A stretch of 64,000 bases of DNA from Gammaproteobacteria bacterium (GCA_020849475.1 JADLGE010000001.1:25001-89000); one strand, 5' to 3'. Numbered from the stretch's first letter, positions 24,450-37,053 are shown. Numbers and translations are program-made. The notes: generated by a model from the letters alone, not told the origin.

Positions 24450-25127
24450 TTGCAGAAAATCGCCGGGAAAATCCTGCGCACTCTGGGCTATGCCTTCCAG
24501 GACGAGAGCCTGCTGACGCGCGCCCTCACGCATCGCAGCGTGGGTGCCCGCCACAACGAACGGCTCGAATTCCTGGGTGACGCCTTGCTGGGCATGGTGG
24601 TAGCCGAATACCTGTTTTCGCAATTTCCGGATGCCGACGAAGGACAGTTGACGCGTACCCGCGCGACGCTGGTCAATCGCGAAAGCCTTGCCGAAGTGGC
24701 GCGAGGCCTCGACCTTGGCGATCTGATACGTCTGGGCGAAGGAGAGTTGAAGAGCGGCGGTTGGCGTCGCGATTCGATCCTCGCCAACGCCGTTGAAGCA
24801 TTGCTTGGCGCCATCTATCTCGATGGCGGCATGGATGCCTGCCGCAACACCGTACTGCGTCTGCTCGAAAGCCGACTGACCAGTATCGATCCTGACAGCA
24901 CGCGCAAAGACGCCAAGACCGCTTTGCAGGAATTTCTGCAGAGCAGGCGTCGCAGCCTGCCGGAGTACAAGACCATGGATATTTCGGGCCCGTCCCACCA
25001 ACAGGTATTCACAGTGAGTTGCCAGGTCGACAGCCTGCCTGAGCCCGTCGTCGCCAACGGCCCGACGCGGCGCAAGGCCGAGCAGGCGGCGGCGCGCGCT
25101 ACGCTGCAGTTGTTGAATCCGCGATGA
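24450..25127 (+). CDS. rnc: Ribonuclease III
   Basis: ERLEFLGDALLGMVVAEYLF signature and C-terminal dsRBD. TTG start in the track. Confidence 0.9.
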   Translation: MQKIAGKILRTLGYAFQDESLLTRALTHRSVGARHNERLEFLGDALLGMVVAEYLFSQFPDADEGQLTRTRATLVNRESLAEVARGLDLGDLIRLGEGELKSGGWRRDSILANAVEALLGAIYLDGGMDACRNTVLRLLESRLTSIDPDSTRKDAKTALQEFLQSRRRSLPEYKTMDISGPSHQQVFTVSCQVDSLPEPVVANGPTRRKAEQAAARATLQLLNPR

Positions 25128-26020
25128 CGAGCCCGGTGGAACGCTGCGGCCTGGTCGCCATCGTCGGTCGCGCCAACGTCGGCAAGTCGACCTTGCTCAA
25201 CTGCATCCTCGGCCAGAAGCTCAGCATCACGTCGCGCAAGCCGCAGACCACGCGCTATCAGATCCTCGGCGTCAAGACCGCGGACCATACCCAGTTGGTG
25301 TTCGTCGATACGCCAGGCTGGCAGAGACATCCGAAGAACGAACTCAATCGCCAGATGAATCGCCAGGTGCGTCACGCCCTCGGCGATGTCGACAGGGCCG
25401 TGCTGGTGGCCGATGCGCGCTACTGGCATGCCGACGATCAAACCGTCTATCAGATGCTGAGCGACGCAGGCCTGCCCATCGTGCTCGCGCTCAACAAGCA
25501 CGACCTGTTGAAATCAAAAGCCGACCTGCTGCCCTTGATTGCGCAACTCAGCGCCGACAAGGAGTTCGCCGCCATCATTCCCATTTGCGCGCGCACGGGC
25601 TCGGGTGTTGATGATCTCGTCAATGAGCTCAGCAGGGCGATGCCGGAACGTGCGCATCTGTATCCCCACGATCAGATTACGGACCGCCCGGAACGCTTTT
25701 TCGCCAGCGAGATCATCCGCGAGAAGACGCTGCGTTTTCTCGGCGATGAGTTGCCTTATCGCACCACCGTGCTGATCGACGACTTCAAGGACGAGGACAA
25801 CCTGACCAGCATTCTCGCCACCATCTGGGTCGAGCGTGACAGCCAGAAGTCGATCGTGATCGGCAAGGACGGCGAGTTATTGAAGCGCATCTCGACCGAA
25901 GCGCGTCAGGATCTCGAGCAACTGCTGCAGCGGAGGGTGTTTCTACGCGTATGGGTCAAGACCCGCCGCGGGTGGACCGACAGCGCCGAGGCCATGCAGC
26001 CCTTGGGGCTGGGTGACTGA
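25124..26020 (+). CDS. era: GTPase Era
   Basis: GLVAIVGRANVGKSTLLN G1 motif and KH domain. ATGA overlap with rnc. Confidence 0.9.
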   Translation: MTSPVERCGLVAIVGRANVGKSTLLNCILGQKLSITSRKPQTTRYQILGVKTADHTQLVFVDTPGWQRHPKNELNRQMNRQVRHALGDVDRAVLVADARYWHADDQTVYQMLSDAGLPIVLALNKHDLLKSKADLLPLIAQLSADKEFAAIIPICARTGSGVDDLVNELSRAMPERAHLYPHDQITDRPERFFASEIIREKTLRFLGDELPYRTTVLIDDFKDEDNLTSILATIWVERDSQKSIVIGKDGELLKRISTEARQDLEQLLQRRVFLRVWVKTRRGWTDSAEAMQPLGLGD

Positions 26021-26040
26021 GAGAGCAATGGCCCCATGAC

Positions 26041-26120
26041 AGGTGCGAATTCATTCGCACATTCAATGCGGCGGCGAAGCGCATCAAAATCGGCTTCAAT
26101 GTGTGAATGAATTCGCACCT
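26041..26120. repeat. MITE-like element: about 80 bp with roughly 25-bp terminal inverted repeats, each containing the palindrome GTGCGAATTCATTCGCAC (family 2)
   Basis: Left end AGGTGCGAATTCATTCGCACATTCAA, right end TTCAATGTGTGAATGAATTCGCACCT (one mismatch). Flanked by CATGAC on both sides, a possible target-site duplication. Single copies of the core palindrome are at 61777 and 63287. Confidence 0.55.
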
Positions 26121-26140
26121 GCACATGACCGCTCCCTAGC

Positions 26141-26860
26141 ATGGGCGCAGAGACCTCCAGCGACTCAGGCTACGTGCTGCACAGCCGCCGCTATCGCGAA
26201 ACCAGCCTCATTGTCGAATTCCTGACCGAGACGCGCGGGCGCGTGGCGGCGGTGGCGCGCGGCGCCTTGCGCCGCAATTCGGTGCTGGCCGCCAGCCTGC
26301 AACCCCTGACACCGTTACGCCTGCAGTTCGGCGGACGCGGCGAACTCATGAATCTCGTGCGCGCCGAGCCCGTGGCGCATCCGCCGCTGCTGGCGGGCGA
26401 GCGCCTGTATTGCCTGTTCTACGTCAATGAGCTGGTCATGCGTCTGACCGCCAGCCACGACCCGAACCAGGCGCTGTTCGAGATCTACTGCGATGCGCTG
26501 GCCGCGCTGACTGGCGACAGCGCCATCGAGATGACTTTGCGGCGCTTTGAAAAGCAATTGCTCGACGCGCTCGGCTTCGGCCTGCAACTCGACTGCGAAG
26601 CGGACAGCGACCAGCCATTGGCAGCGGAGGGCTGCTACCACTATGACGTTGAGCGTGGCCCGGTGCCGATAGGTCCCGAGGCCACCGGCATCCGCGTGCG
26701 CGGCGCGACATTGCTGGCCTTGGGGCTGGACGAGACGCTGTCGGCCGAGGCGCTGCGGGAAGCCAAACGGCTGATGCGACACGTGCTCAACCACCATCTC
26801 GATGGCCGGCCTTTGACCTCGCGCAAGCTCTTCGAAGCGCAGGCCGCCGGAAAGCCGTAG
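26141..26860 (+). CDS. recO: DNA repair protein RecO
   Basis: [33 protein letters not shown] and RecO-family similarity. Confidence 0.85.
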   Translation: MGAETSSDSGYVLHSRRYRETSLIVEFLTETRGRVAAVARGALRRNSVLAASLQPLTPLRLQFGGRGELMNLVRAEPVAHPPLLAGERLYCLFYVNELVMRLTASHDPNQALFEIYCDALAALTGDSAIEMTLRRFEKQLLDALGFGLQLDCEADSDQPLAAEGCYHYDVERGPVPIGPEATGIRVRGATLLALGLDETLSAEALREAKRLMRHVLNHHLDGRPLTSRKLFEAQAAGKP

Positions 26861-26915
26861 AATTGCGGCGGCATTTTCGACCACCAGGCGCCCGTCGCCG
26901 CAGAGACTCGCAACC

Positions 26916-27638
26916 ATGAAGCTCGGAGTGAACATCGACCACGTCGCGACCCTGCGCCAGGCGCGCCGTACCGCTTATCCCGATCTGGCCATCGCCGCGC
27001 GCGCTGCCGAAGTCGGCGGCGCCGACAGCATCACCATCCATCTGCGCGAAGACCGTCGTCACATCCAGGACACCGACGTTCACCAGTTGCGACGCACGCT
27101 CGAAGTGCCCATGAACCTCGAAATGGCGGCTACCCATGAAATGGTGTCCATTGCCTGTGCGGTGCGTCCGTGGGCATGCTGCATCGTGCCGGAGCGGCGC
27201 GCCGAGTTGACCACCGAGGGCGGGCTCGACGTCGTGGGCTGCTATGAGCAACTCGCGCCACTATGCGCGCACCTGGCGCGCGCCGGTATGGAGGTATCGT
27301 TGTTCATCGACCCTGACGACGCGCAGATTGATGCGGCAGCGCGCCTCGGGGTGGCGGCCATCGAGTTACATACCGGCACCTATGCCGACGCCACGGATGC
27401 CACGCAGCAGGCCCGGCAGTTGGCGCTGCTCGAGGCCGGCGCGGCGCGGGCCGCGGCGGCGGGTCTCATCGTCAATGCCGGTCATGGACTTCACTATGAG
27501 AACGTTGCCGCCATCGCGGCCATCCCGTCCATACGAGATCTGAACATCGGTCATTCGATCGTGGCCCGCGCCTTATTCGTCGGCATGATCAGTGCGGTCG
27601 AGGAGATGAAGCTGGCCATGCGGAAGGCCGCCAGGTGA
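26916..27638 (+). CDS. pdxJ: Pyridoxine 5'-phosphate synthase
   Basis: [23 protein letters not shown]...[12 protein letters not shown]. Confidence 0.9.
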   Translation: MKLGVNIDHVATLRQARRTAYPDLAIAARAAEVGGADSITIHLREDRRHIQDTDVHQLRRTLEVPMNLEMAATHEMVSIACAVRPWACCIVPERRAELTTEGGLDVVGCYEQLAPLCAHLARAGMEVSLFIDPDDAQIDAAARLGVAAIELHTGTYADATDATQQARQLALLEAGAARAAAAGLIVNAGHGLHYENVAAIAAIPSIRDLNIGHSIVARALFVGMISAVEEMKLAMRKAAR

Positions 27639-28015
27639 TTCGCGGTATCGGCGTCGACATGGCGGAGATTCGCCGGTTCAGCGAAAGCTATGAACGTTTC
27701 GGCATGCGCTTTCCGGAACGCATCCTGTCCGACAGCGAACTGCGCGATTTCGCACGCGCACGTAACCCGGGGCGTTTTCTCGCCATGCGCTTTGCCGCCA
27801 AGGAGGCCACCTCCAAGGCGCTGGGCACCGGCTTCAGGCAAGGCATCGCGCCGCGCCAGATGTACGTGGTGCATTCGCCGAGCGGCAAGCCCAATCTCGC
27901 GGTATCCGGCCAGGCGGCCGTGCTGTTCGCCGAGATGGGCATTTGCGCCAGCCATATTTCCCTGACCGACGAGGGCGGCTTCGCGGTCGCCTACGTGATT
28001 CTCGAAGGCCGTTGA
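27635..28015 (+). CDS. acpS: Holo-[acyl-carrier-protein] synthase
   Basis: [14 protein letters not shown]...[18 protein letters not shown] overlap with pdxJ. Confidence 0.85.
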   Translation: MIRGIGVDMAEIRRFSESYERFGMRFPERILSDSELRDFARARNPGRFLAMRFAAKEATSKALGTGFRQGIAPRQMYVVHSPSGKPNLAVSGQAAVLFAEMGICASHISLTDEGGFAVAYVILEGR

Positions 28016-28079
28016 GCGGACGCGCTCCCCGCTCGCCATTGCCCTGACCAATTCGTTTCTCCATTCAACGCAGCAGATC

Positions 28080-29660
<1,581 letters not shown>

Positions 29661-29699
29661 CGAGACCGCGATCGCATTGCGCGACCGCGGTCATCGGGC

Positions 29700-32483
29700 T
29701 CAGGCCTTGTGTTCGACCTCGTCGTCGCCGTGATGGGCGGCGGCAATGGGTGCCACACTGGCCGGATCGGCCGTCGGCCGTAGCGGTTCTTCATCGACGA
29801 GGGCCACAGGCGCGTGGTCAGGCTCATCCTCGGCCACCATCGGCGGCGCCACTTCTGCCACGGCGACCGCCACAGGCTCGACCTCGACAGCGGCTGCCGT
29901 TTCGGCCACGACGGTCGGGGCTTCCGAAGGCTCGAACTCGAATCTGTTCTGCACCGCCACCACGACTGATTTGTCCTCGAGCGGTGCACCCGCATCGACC
30001 TCAACCGCAGCGAGCGACTCCGCATGGGCCGGCGCCGGCTCGGGGTTTCTCTCGGTTGGATCTTCGTCGTAGTCGTAACGCGGCGTGTTGAACTCGTCGA
30101 GATCGTGAGCGCCGGCCAGGTGCGTCGGCGCCTCGCCTACTTCGGCGGTGGAGACCACTGCGTCATCGGCAATGGCTACCAGCGGCGCGACATCGGCTCT
30201 GTCGTCGCGGCGCGGACGCTCACGGCGACCATCGCGACGCCCACGGCCAGGGCTGTTGCCTTCGCTTTCGGTACCGCGGGCTTGCTCCTCGCTGACGACG
30301 CCCGTTTCGGCATCGACCGCCGGCGCGTTGTCGCGATTGCCACGGCCGCGACCGCGGCGGCTGCGGCGTTCACCACCACCCTCGCGTGGCGCTCCCTCAC
30401 GGCCGCCACTGCCCTCACGAACCGCAGTATCGCGCGCGCCGCTGTCACGGTTGGCGTTGTCACGCGCCGCCGGATCACGATTGCCGTTGACTTCGCGTGG
30501 CGCGCCATCGCGACTGCCACGCTCGCGGTTTCCACCGTCACGATTACCAGCGTCACGGTTTCCACCCTCGCGAGCGGCAGGTTCGGCGCGACTGCCGCTG
30601 TCACGGTTGCCACCGTCGCGGTTGGACTGACCACCGCGGCGATTGGCGCCGCCACGGCTGCGCCGATTGCCTTCAGATCGTCCGTCGCGCTCGCCATCGC
30701 GGCCGCCGCGGCTGCGTTCTTCGCCGCCACTGCGGGCGCGGTTCGGTTGCGCCGGTTCCGGTGCGGTCTCACCACCGCCGAACAGACCACCAAATAATTT
30801 GGCGAAGAATCCCGGACGCGGCGCAGCGGGCGCTGGCGCCGCTGCAACCGGCGCTTCGGGCTGGGGCGTGGCACGCACCACGTCCTTGACCAGCGGCTGC
30901 TGTTGCGGGGCGGCCGGCTTGCTGCGGGTCAGGTCGACGGTTGGCGCCTCGACATCGCTGACCATTTCATAGGACTCGCCCTGGCGCATCTTGGGCAGAT
31001 CCTGTTCGCGGATGCGCTGGATCTCGAAGTGCGGGGTTTCGAGGTTCTGGTTGGGAATGAGCAGGATCTGCACTTCCTGACGCGCCTCGATACCGGTCAC
31101 GTCCTGGCGCTTTTCGTTCAGCAGGAAGGTCGCGACGTCGACTGGCACCTGGGCGGTGACCTTGACGGTCGAATCCTTCATCGCCTCTTCTTCGATGAGG
31201 CGCAGTACGCCGAGGGCGGTCGATTTGACGCTGCGTATGGTGCCGACGCCTTCGCAGCGCGGGCACACGCCGTGGCTGAACTCGGTCAGCGATGGGCGCA
31301 GGCGCTGGCGCGACATCTCCAGCAGGCCAAAGCGCGAAATGCGCCCGATCTGCACGCGCGCGCGGTCGGCCGCGACCGCATCGCGCAAGGTGTTCTCGAC
31401 CGCACGCTGATTCTTCGCCGACTGCATATCGATGAAATCGATGACGATGAGTCCACCCAGATCGCGCAGGCGCATCTGGCGGCCAATTTCCTCGGCGGCC
31501 TCGAGATTGGTACGGGCCGCGGTCTCCTCGATGTCACCGCCCTGGGTGGCCTTGGAGGAGTTGATGTCGATGGTAATCAGCGCTTCGGTGGGCTCGATGA
31601 CGATGGAGCCGCCGCTCGGCAGGCGCACCGAACGCGCGAACGCGGTCTCGATCTGACCTTCAATCTGGTAGCGCGTGAACAGCGGCACGCTGTCTTCGTA
31701 CAGCTTGAGCTTGTTGATGTTCTGCGGCATGACCTGCTGCATGAACTCCTGGGCCTGCTCGTAGAGCTTGCGGTCGTCGACCAGGATCTCGGCGATGTCG
31801 TTGCGCAGGTAATCGCGCACCGCGCGAATGATGACGTTGCGATCCTGGAAGATCAGGAACGGCGCCTTGCGGCTCTCGGCGGCCTCGTCGATGGCCTTCC
31901 ACAGCTGCATGAGGTAGTCGAGATCCCACTGCAGCTCTTCGGTCGATTTGCCGACTCCGGCGGTGCGCAGGATGAGCCCCATGTTCTCGGGGATCTCGAG
32001 CCCCGACATGGCCTCGCGGGCTTCGTCTCGGTCATCGCCTTCAATCTGGCGCGAGACGCCGCCGGCGCGGGGATTGTTGGGCATCGCCACCAGGTAACGG
32101 CCGGCGAGACTGATGAAGGTGGTCAGGGCCGCGCCCTTGTTACCACGTTCTTCCTTCTCGACCTGTACGACCAGTTCCTGGCCTTCGGACAGGACGTCCT
32201 TGATATTGACCCGGCCGCCATTGCCACCGGTGCCTTTACCCTGGTCCTTGAAGTAGGAGCGGGAAATTTCCTTCAGCGGCAAAAAGCCGTGGCGCTGGGC
32301 GCCGTAGTCAACGAAAGCCGCTTCGAGACTGGGCTCGATGCGGATGATTTTCGCTTTATAGATGTTGGATTTTTTCTGCTCGCGGCCCGTTGCTTCGATG
32401 TCGAGGTCGTACAGCTGTTGCCCATCGACCAATGCAACGCGCAGCTCTTCTGGCTGGGTCGCGTTGACCAGCATTCTTTTCAT
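29700..32483 (-). CDS. rne: Ribonuclease E
   Basis: [30 protein letters not shown]... with the S1, DNase I-like and Zn-link (CPRCEGVG) regions highly conserved. Arg/Gly/Asp/Asn-rich low-complexity C-terminal scaffold. Track starts at a TTG 6 nt upstream. Confidence 0.9.
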   Translation of the reverse strand: MKRMLVNATQPEELRVALVDGQQLYDLDIEATGREQKKSNIYKAKIIRIEPSLEAAFVDYGAQRHGFLPLKEISRSYFKDQGKGTGGNGGRVNIKDVLSEGQELVVQVEKEERGNKGAALTTFISLAGRYLVAMPNNPRAGGVSRQIEGDDRDEAREAMSGLEIPENMGLILRTAGVGKSTEELQWDLDYLMQLWKAIDEAAESRKAPFLIFQDRNVIIRAVRDYLRNDIAEILVDDRKLYEQAQEFMQQVMPQNINKLKLYEDSVPLFTRYQIEGQIETAFARSVRLPSGGSIVIEPTEALITIDINSSKATQGGDIEETAARTNLEAAEEIGRQMRLRDLGGLIVIDFIDMQSAKNQRAVENTLRDAVAADRARVQIGRISRFGLLEMSRQRLRPSLTEFSHGVCPRCEGVGTIRSVKSTALGVLRLIEEEAMKDSTVKVTAQVPVDVATFLLNEKRQDVTGIEARQEVQILLIPNQNLETPHFEIQRIREQDLPKMRQGESYEMVSDVEAPTVDLTRSKPAAPQQQPLVKDVVRATPQPEAPVAAAPAPAAPRPGFFAKLFGGLFGGGETAPEPAQPNRARSGGEERSRGGRDGERDGRSEGNRRSRGGANRRGGQSNRDGGNRDSGSRAEPAAREGGNRDAGNRDGGNRERGSRDGAPREVNGNRDPAARDNANRDSGARDTAVREGSGGREGAPREGGGERRSRRGRGRGNRDNAPAVDAETGVVSEEQARGTESEGNSPGRGRRDGRRERPRRDDRADVAPLVAIADDAVVSTAEVGEAPTHLAGAHDLDEFNTPRYDYDEDPTERNPEPAPAHAESLAAVEVDAGAPLEDKSVVVAVQNRFEFEPSEAPTVVAETAAAVEVEPVAVAVAEVAPPMVAEDEPDHAPVALVDEEPLRPTADPASVAPIAAAHHGDDEVEHKA
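30150..30800. repeat. Degenerate short tandem repeats in the RNase E C-terminal scaffold (encode GNRD/GxRD/RRxR motifs)
   Basis: Periodic GC-rich units (ccacgg/cgcgg/ttgcc) give [23 protein letters not shown]-type protein repeats. Several long spurious ORFs on both strands arise here. Confidence 0.4.
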
Positions 32484-32901
32484 TGTCAAAAGTCCCGTAA
32501 CGGGGCTTCAGCGAGAGGCGTACGAGTGGAACCGCAAAGTTCCGGCACTTGCGTGCTCGGACGTCGCCAAACACTGGCGAACCCCAGCCGGCGCGGCATG
32601 ACTGCCAGGAACCGACTTCGATTAATACACTGCACGTGGAGTTGAGTACCACGGCCGCCGTTGCGCGGAGCCCGCATGGGATGACCCGGTCAGACCAGTG
32701 TCAAGCCGCGTTTCGAACCAGATAAACGCTGACTGCTACCTTCCTGCCCCCGCAAATGCGAAACTGTGCGTGCGGGCAGAGCGTCTGACGGGATTGCTAA
32801 AATACTTCGAAGCCCAGCCGTAACTTCCCATCGTATAGGGCATTTCCGCCTTCAAATTCCGTGCCCTTTGGGCGCGAAAATCGACGTGGACTATAACAAC
32901 C
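32484..32901 (-). promoter_or_regulatory. rne promoter and about 410-nt 5' leader, divergent from rluC
   Basis: Long noncoding interval upstream of rne. E. coli rne has a long structured autoregulatory 5' UTR in the same divergent arrangement with rluC. Assigned by position only. Confidence 0.45.
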
Positions 32902-33879
32902 TTGAGCGTGCTCAGCAATCACGAAACCGACCCGTCCACCACCGGCACGCGCACCGCGGTGCGCGCCGAGACCGTCACCGCCGAACACGCGGGGCGCCGC
33001 ATCGACAACTACCTTCTGCTGCTGTTGAAGCCGGCGCCCAAGAGCCTGGTCTACAAGCTCCTGCGCAGCGGCCAGGTGCGGGTCAACGGCGGACGTTGCA
33101 AACCCGACTACCGCCTGGTCAGTGGCGACGTGCTGCGCATCCCGCCGGTGGTGGCGGTCGCCCCCGGCGAAATACATATTCCCGAGGCGAGGCTCGCCCA
33201 GCTCGAGTCGGCAGTGCTGTTCGAAGACCAGCATTTCCTGATCGTCGACAAACCCGCGGGGCTCGCTTGCCACGGTGGCACCGGCGTCGCTTATGGCGTG
33301 ATTGAGATTGCCCGGCGACTGCGCCCGGGCGTCGCGCGACTCGATCTCGCCCACCGCCTGGACCGCGATACGTCAGGCTGTCTGATCCTGACCAAGCAGG
33401 TCGACGTCCTCCGAGGCGTGCACGAGGAAATCAGAGAGCGGCAGATGGAAAAGCGCTACGTGGCTCTGATGCATGGCCACCTGCCGGCGCGCTTGACCTC
33501 CATCAGCGCCGCCCTTGCCTCTGACCGCGAGCAGGGCGCCGAAAAGCGCGCACGGGTCAAAAGCGACGGCAAGGCCTCGCAGACTCTTGTCGAGAACGTC
33601 GAAGCCGTCGGGCCCCATTCACTGGTCAGCCTGCGCCTGGTGACGGGCCGCATGCACCAGATTCGCGCCCACGCCCAGCACATCGGCCATTCGGTCGCCG
33701 GTGATCGGCTGTATGGCGACGACGACTTCAACCGGGCCATGGCCGGCCATGGATTGAAACGCCTGTTCCTGCATGCGGCGTCCATCGCCTTCGACAGTGC
33801 CGGGCGCCATATAAGCGTCGCGGCACCGTTGCCCGCAGAGCTCGTGGCCGTGCTCGACGCTCTGCGTGCGCCGGCATGA
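32902..33879 (+). CDS. rluC: 23S rRNA pseudouridine synthase RluC
   Basis: S4 domain (AGRRIDNYLL), HRLDRDTSGCLIL catalytic Asp motif, RluA/RluC family. No ATG; TTG at 32902 or GTG at 32908. Confidence 0.85.
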   Translation: MSVLSNHETDPSTTGTRTAVRAETVTAEHAGRRIDNYLLLLLKPAPKSLVYKLLRSGQVRVNGGRCKPDYRLVSGDVLRIPPVVAVAPGEIHIPEARLAQLESAVLFEDQHFLIVDKPAGLACHGGTGVAYGVIEIARRLRPGVARLDLAHRLDRDTSGCLILTKQVDVLRGVHEEIRERQMEKRYVALMHGHLPARLTSISAALASDREQGAEKRARVKSDGKASQTLVENVEAVGPHSLVSLRLVTGRMHQIRAHAQHIGHSVAGDRLYGDDDFNRAMAGHGLKRLFLHAASIAFDSAGRHISVAAPLPAELVAVLDALRAPA

Positions 33880-34544
33880 TCAAGCTCATCGTGTTCGACT
33901 GGGACGGCACGCTGATGGATTCCGAGGCGCGCATCGTCACCGCCATGCAGCAGGCATTTGCCGCCGAAGGCGCACCGCCGCCGCCGCCTGCCGCGGTACG
34001 GGAGATCATCGGGCTCGATCTCGGCGTTGCCGTCGCACGCCTCGGGCGAGACCTCGCCAGTCGGCAGGCGGCAGCGATCGTCAGCGCTTATCGCACTCTC
34101 TATGCGCGCTTGCACGCGGTGCCCAGCCCCCTGTTCGACGACGCCGAAGCGACCTTGGCGATGCTTGACGCGGCCGGCTACCTGCTGGCCATCGCCACCG
34201 GCAAGAGCCGTCGCGGCCTTGACCGCGCGCTCGAAGAGAGTGGCGTAGGGGGCTATTTCGCCACCAGCCGCTGCGGCGAGGAATGCGCGCCCAAGCCCGA
34301 CCCGGCCATGCTGCGTGACATCCTGTGGGATCTGGACACCCCACCCGCCGCGGCATTGATGGTCGGCGATACGGAATTCGATCTGTTGATGGCCCAGGCG
34401 GCCGGCACCCATGCCGCCGCCGTCACTTACGGCGCCCATCCGCGCGAACGCTTGCTCGAACATCGGCCAGCGCTGGTGGTCGACGCCTTGCGCGACCTGG
34501 GCGCGGCCGTCGACCGTCTCAACCAACGCATCGCAACACCTTGA
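33876..34544 (+). CDS. HAD-family hydrolase (phosphoglycolate-phosphatase-like)
   Basis: MIKLIVFDWDGTLMDS motif I, GKSRR, GDTEFDL motif IV. ATGA overlap with rluC. Confidence 0.75.
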   Translation: MIKLIVFDWDGTLMDSEARIVTAMQQAFAAEGAPPPPPAAVREIIGLDLGVAVARLGRDLASRQAAAIVSAYRTLYARLHAVPSPLFDDAEATLAMLDAAGYLLAIATGKSRRGLDRALEESGVGGYFATSRCGEECAPKPDPAMLRDILWDLDTPPAAALMVGDTEFDLLMAQAAGTHAAAVTYGAHPRERLLEHRPALVVDALRDLGAAVDRLNQRIATP

Positions 34545-34564
34545 GCAACTAGGAGCATCTCGTC

Positions 34565-35551
34565 ATGGGCTGGGACAATCCCGAGCAAGATCCGGCGCCC
34601 GCCTCGAAACCGGCAGGTGAGGACCCGCCGACGGCCATGGAAAGCCGGCTGTTCGAGCGCATGTCCTTCGAATTCCTGCGCGAGCAGCGCGCCGCGCGGC
34701 GCTGGGGCATCTTCTTCAAGCTGCTGGCGGTGCTCTATGTCAGCGGCTTCATGCTGTTGTCGCTGCCGTCGGACTGGAACCTGTCGGCCATGGGTGCGGG
34801 TAAGGTGACGGCGCTCGTCGACTTGCAGGGCGTCATCGCCCATGGCAACGCGGCAAGCGCCGACAATATCGTCAGCGGGCTGCGTGCGGCATTCGAGAAC
34901 TCGTCGACGGCCGGCGTCATCCTGCGCATCAACAGCCCCGGCGGCAGCCCGGTGCAGGCGGGTTATATCAACGACGAAATCTACCGTCTGCGCGAAAAAT
35001 ACCCGGACACGCCTCTTTATGCGGTGGTCGAGGATATGTGCGCCTCGGGCGGCTATTACGTGGCCGCCGCGGCCGACAAAATCTATGCGGACAAGGGCAG
35101 CCTGGTCGGTTCCATCGGCGTGCGCATGGACGGTTTCGGCTTCGTTGAAAGCCTCGACAAGCTCGGCATCGAGCGGCGCTTGTTCACCGCCGGCGAGAAC
35201 AAGGGTTTCCTCGACCCCTTCAGTGCCCTCGACCCGGTGCATGTGGAACACGTGCGCAAGCTGCTCGCCGACATCCACCAGCAGTTCATCAACACCGTGC
35301 AGAAAAAGCGCCGCGACAAGCTCAGCAAAGATCCGAGCATTTTTTCGGGTCTGGTGTGGACCGGCACCCAGGCGCTGGAGCTCGGGCTGGTGGATGAATT
35401 CGGCTCGGCCGGCATGGTCGCCCGCGATGTCATCGGCGCCGAGAAAATCGTCGACTTCACACCGCGCGACTACTCCGTCGAGGGGCTCTTGAAGCGCACC
35501 GGCGTGACCATGCTGAGTGAATTGGTCAGCACCCGCGGCTGGTCATGGTGA
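34565..35551 (+). CDS. sppA: Signal peptide peptidase SppA (S49 family, 36K type)
   Basis: S49 peptidase motifs (ASGGYYVAAAADKIYA, GSIGV) with an N-terminal TM segment. Confidence 0.8.
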   Translation: MGWDNPEQDPAPASKPAGEDPPTAMESRLFERMSFEFLREQRAARRWGIFFKLLAVLYVSGFMLLSLPSDWNLSAMGAGKVTALVDLQGVIAHGNAASADNIVSGLRAAFENSSTAGVILRINSPGGSPVQAGYINDEIYRLREKYPDTPLYAVVEDMCASGGYYVAAAADKIYADKGSLVGSIGVRMDGFGFVESLDKLGIERRLFTAGENKGFLDPFSALDPVHVEHVRKLLADIHQQFINTVQKKRRDKLSKDPSIFSGLVWTGTQALELGLVDEFGSAGMVARDVIGAEKIVDFTPRDYSVEGLLKRTGVTMLSELVSTRGWSW

Positions 35552-36175
35552 ATCCGCCAGCACATCGAACCCCGCGCGCCCCAGCATGGCGCGTAGCGCG
35601 ATCAGCGGCAATCCAATCAAGGCGGTCGGGTCCGCGGAGCTGATAGCCTCGAACAAGGCAATGCCCAAGCCTTCGCACTTGAAGCTGCCGGCGCAGTCCA
35701 GTGGTTGTTCACGCCGCACATAATTGCGGATGGTGTGAACATCCAGCGTCCGAAAGCGAACCTCGGTACTCACCACCTCGAGTTCGTAAGCGCCGCTCGC
35801 GGCGTCGAGCAGGCACAGTCCGGTCAGGAACTGCACGGTGCGTCCCGACGCTGCCTCGAGTTGCGCGATGGCGCGCTGCTCGGTGCCGGGCTTGCCGAGC
35901 GGTTGACCGTCCAGCACCGCGACCTGGTCACTGCCGATGACGAGGGCATGAGGATGCTGTTGGATCAAGGCGCGCGCCTTGGCCAGCGCCAGCCGACTGA
36001 CCAGGTCATGCGGCGATTCGTGCGCCAGCGGCCGTTCATCAATATCGGGCGCGTGCGCGGAGAAGGCCCAGCCGAAACGCTCGAGCAGGGCGCGACGGTA
36101 GGGGGAAGATGAGGCAAGCAGCAGTGTTCGCGAGTCAGGATGAACGGGCAGGTGGGACGAGGCGCGGACCGTCAT
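35543..36175 (-). CDS. Maf-like nucleoside triphosphate pyrophosphatase (YceF type)
   Basis: LLLASSSPYRRALLERFG N-terminus and GSDQV motif; Maf family. Convergent 9-bp overlap with sppA. Confidence 0.8.
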   Translation of the reverse strand: MTVRASSHLPVHPDSRTLLLASSSPYRRALLERFGWAFSAHAPDIDERPLAHESPHDLVSRLALAKARALIQQHPHALVIGSDQVAVLDGQPLGKPGTEQRAIAQLEAASGRTVQFLTGLCLLDAASGAYELEVVSTEVRFRTLDVHTIRNYVRREQPLDCAGSFKCEGLGIALFEAISSADPTALIGLPLIALRAMLGRAGFDVLADSP

Positions 36176-36200
36176 AAAAATTTCGTGTTCTAACTCGCTG

Positions 36201-36740
36201 ATGTTTGGCCTATACTACCGCGCCCTCATGGCCAGCGAATTACCCGAACAGATCGAATGTCGCCAACTCGCGGCGGGCACGGGGGTGTTGAACGGCGTTT
36301 TGGCTGCATCGCGATTGACGCGTATCGAAGAACCCTATCGGGTGGTCGGCGCGGTCACGGTGGAGCTTCGATGCCGGCCCCGCGAGGGCGGCGGCTTCCA
36401 GCTAGACGCGCGCATCCAGGCGCCGCTCGAAGCTCGCTGCCAACGTTGCCTCGAATGGACGGCGTGGCCGGTGACGGTGGACATGGAACTGGTGGCGCAT
36501 ATCAAGGCACCACCGTCCCAGGACCACGACGAAGAGGACAGTGTGGAACTCGTGGACGGCATGTTGCCGTTGCGAGAAGTGATTGAAGACGAAGTATTGT
36601 TGAGTTGTCCCCTGGCGCCTTTACATGCGCGCCAGGACTGCCCGGCAGACAAGAGCTTTGAGGCGCCGGTGATCGCAAGCGATCGCAAGCAGCCATTCGC
36701 GGGCTTGGCAGAGTTGCTCAAGTCACGCGAGCAAGAGTGA
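36201..36740 (+). CDS. yceD: YceD/DUF177 family protein (large-subunit ribosomal RNA accumulation protein)
   Basis: CxxC...CxxC pairs and position directly upstream of rpmF-plsX. An alternative start lies at 36228. Confidence 0.75.
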   Translation: MFGLYYRALMASELPEQIECRQLAAGTGVLNGVLAASRLTRIEEPYRVVGAVTVELRCRPREGGGFQLDARIQAPLEARCQRCLEWTAWPVTVDMELVAHIKAPPSQDHDEEDSVELVDGMLPLREVIEDEVLLSCPLAPLHARQDCPADKSFEAPVIASDRKQPFAGLAELLKSREQE

Positions 36741-36774
36741 AGACAGACGGAACATTTGAAGCGGAGAGTGCATC

Positions 36775-36951
36775 ATGGCAGTCCAACAGAACAAACCGAC
36801 CCCTTCGAGTCGGGGCATGCGTCGTTCCCACGATCGACTGACGAACCCGGCGCTGTCGGAAGAGCCGACCACTGGCGAAACCCATCTGCGTCACCACGTA
36901 AGCCCCGATGGCTACTATCGTGGCAAGAAGGTCCTGGCGGACAAAGAATAA
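36775..36951 (+). CDS. rpmF: 50S ribosomal protein L32
   Basis: Not in the ORF track (58 aa). Manual translation gives [58 protein letters not shown], a close L32 match. Confidence 0.9.
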   Translation: MAVQQNKPTPSSRGMRRSHDRLTNPALSEEPTTGETHLRHHVSPDGYYRGKKVLADKE

Positions 36952-37053
36952 GCAGTTCGGCAGTCGGTGCGGCGTCCTTGGGGGGACGCCACGCCGCCAG
37001 TCGTCGCACTCACTCCATTCCATTTTCGACCTGAAAGACACCCACGTTCTCCA

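Noticed and set aside
29661-29699. GACCGCG...CGCGGTC inverted repeat between convergent prfC and rne
   Set aside because: Possibly a bidirectional terminator, but no U-tracts on either strand; too weak to call.
30150-30800. Periodic repeats that could be mistaken for a CRISPR-like array
   Set aside because: Units are short, degenerate and in-frame within rne, with no repeat-spacer structure; they encode the RNase E scaffold.
30903-32645. 580-aa plus-strand ORF, and the 30024-30972 ORFs on both strands
   Set aside because: Antisense or alternate-frame readings of rne, including its repetitive Arg/Gly/Asp scaffold region.
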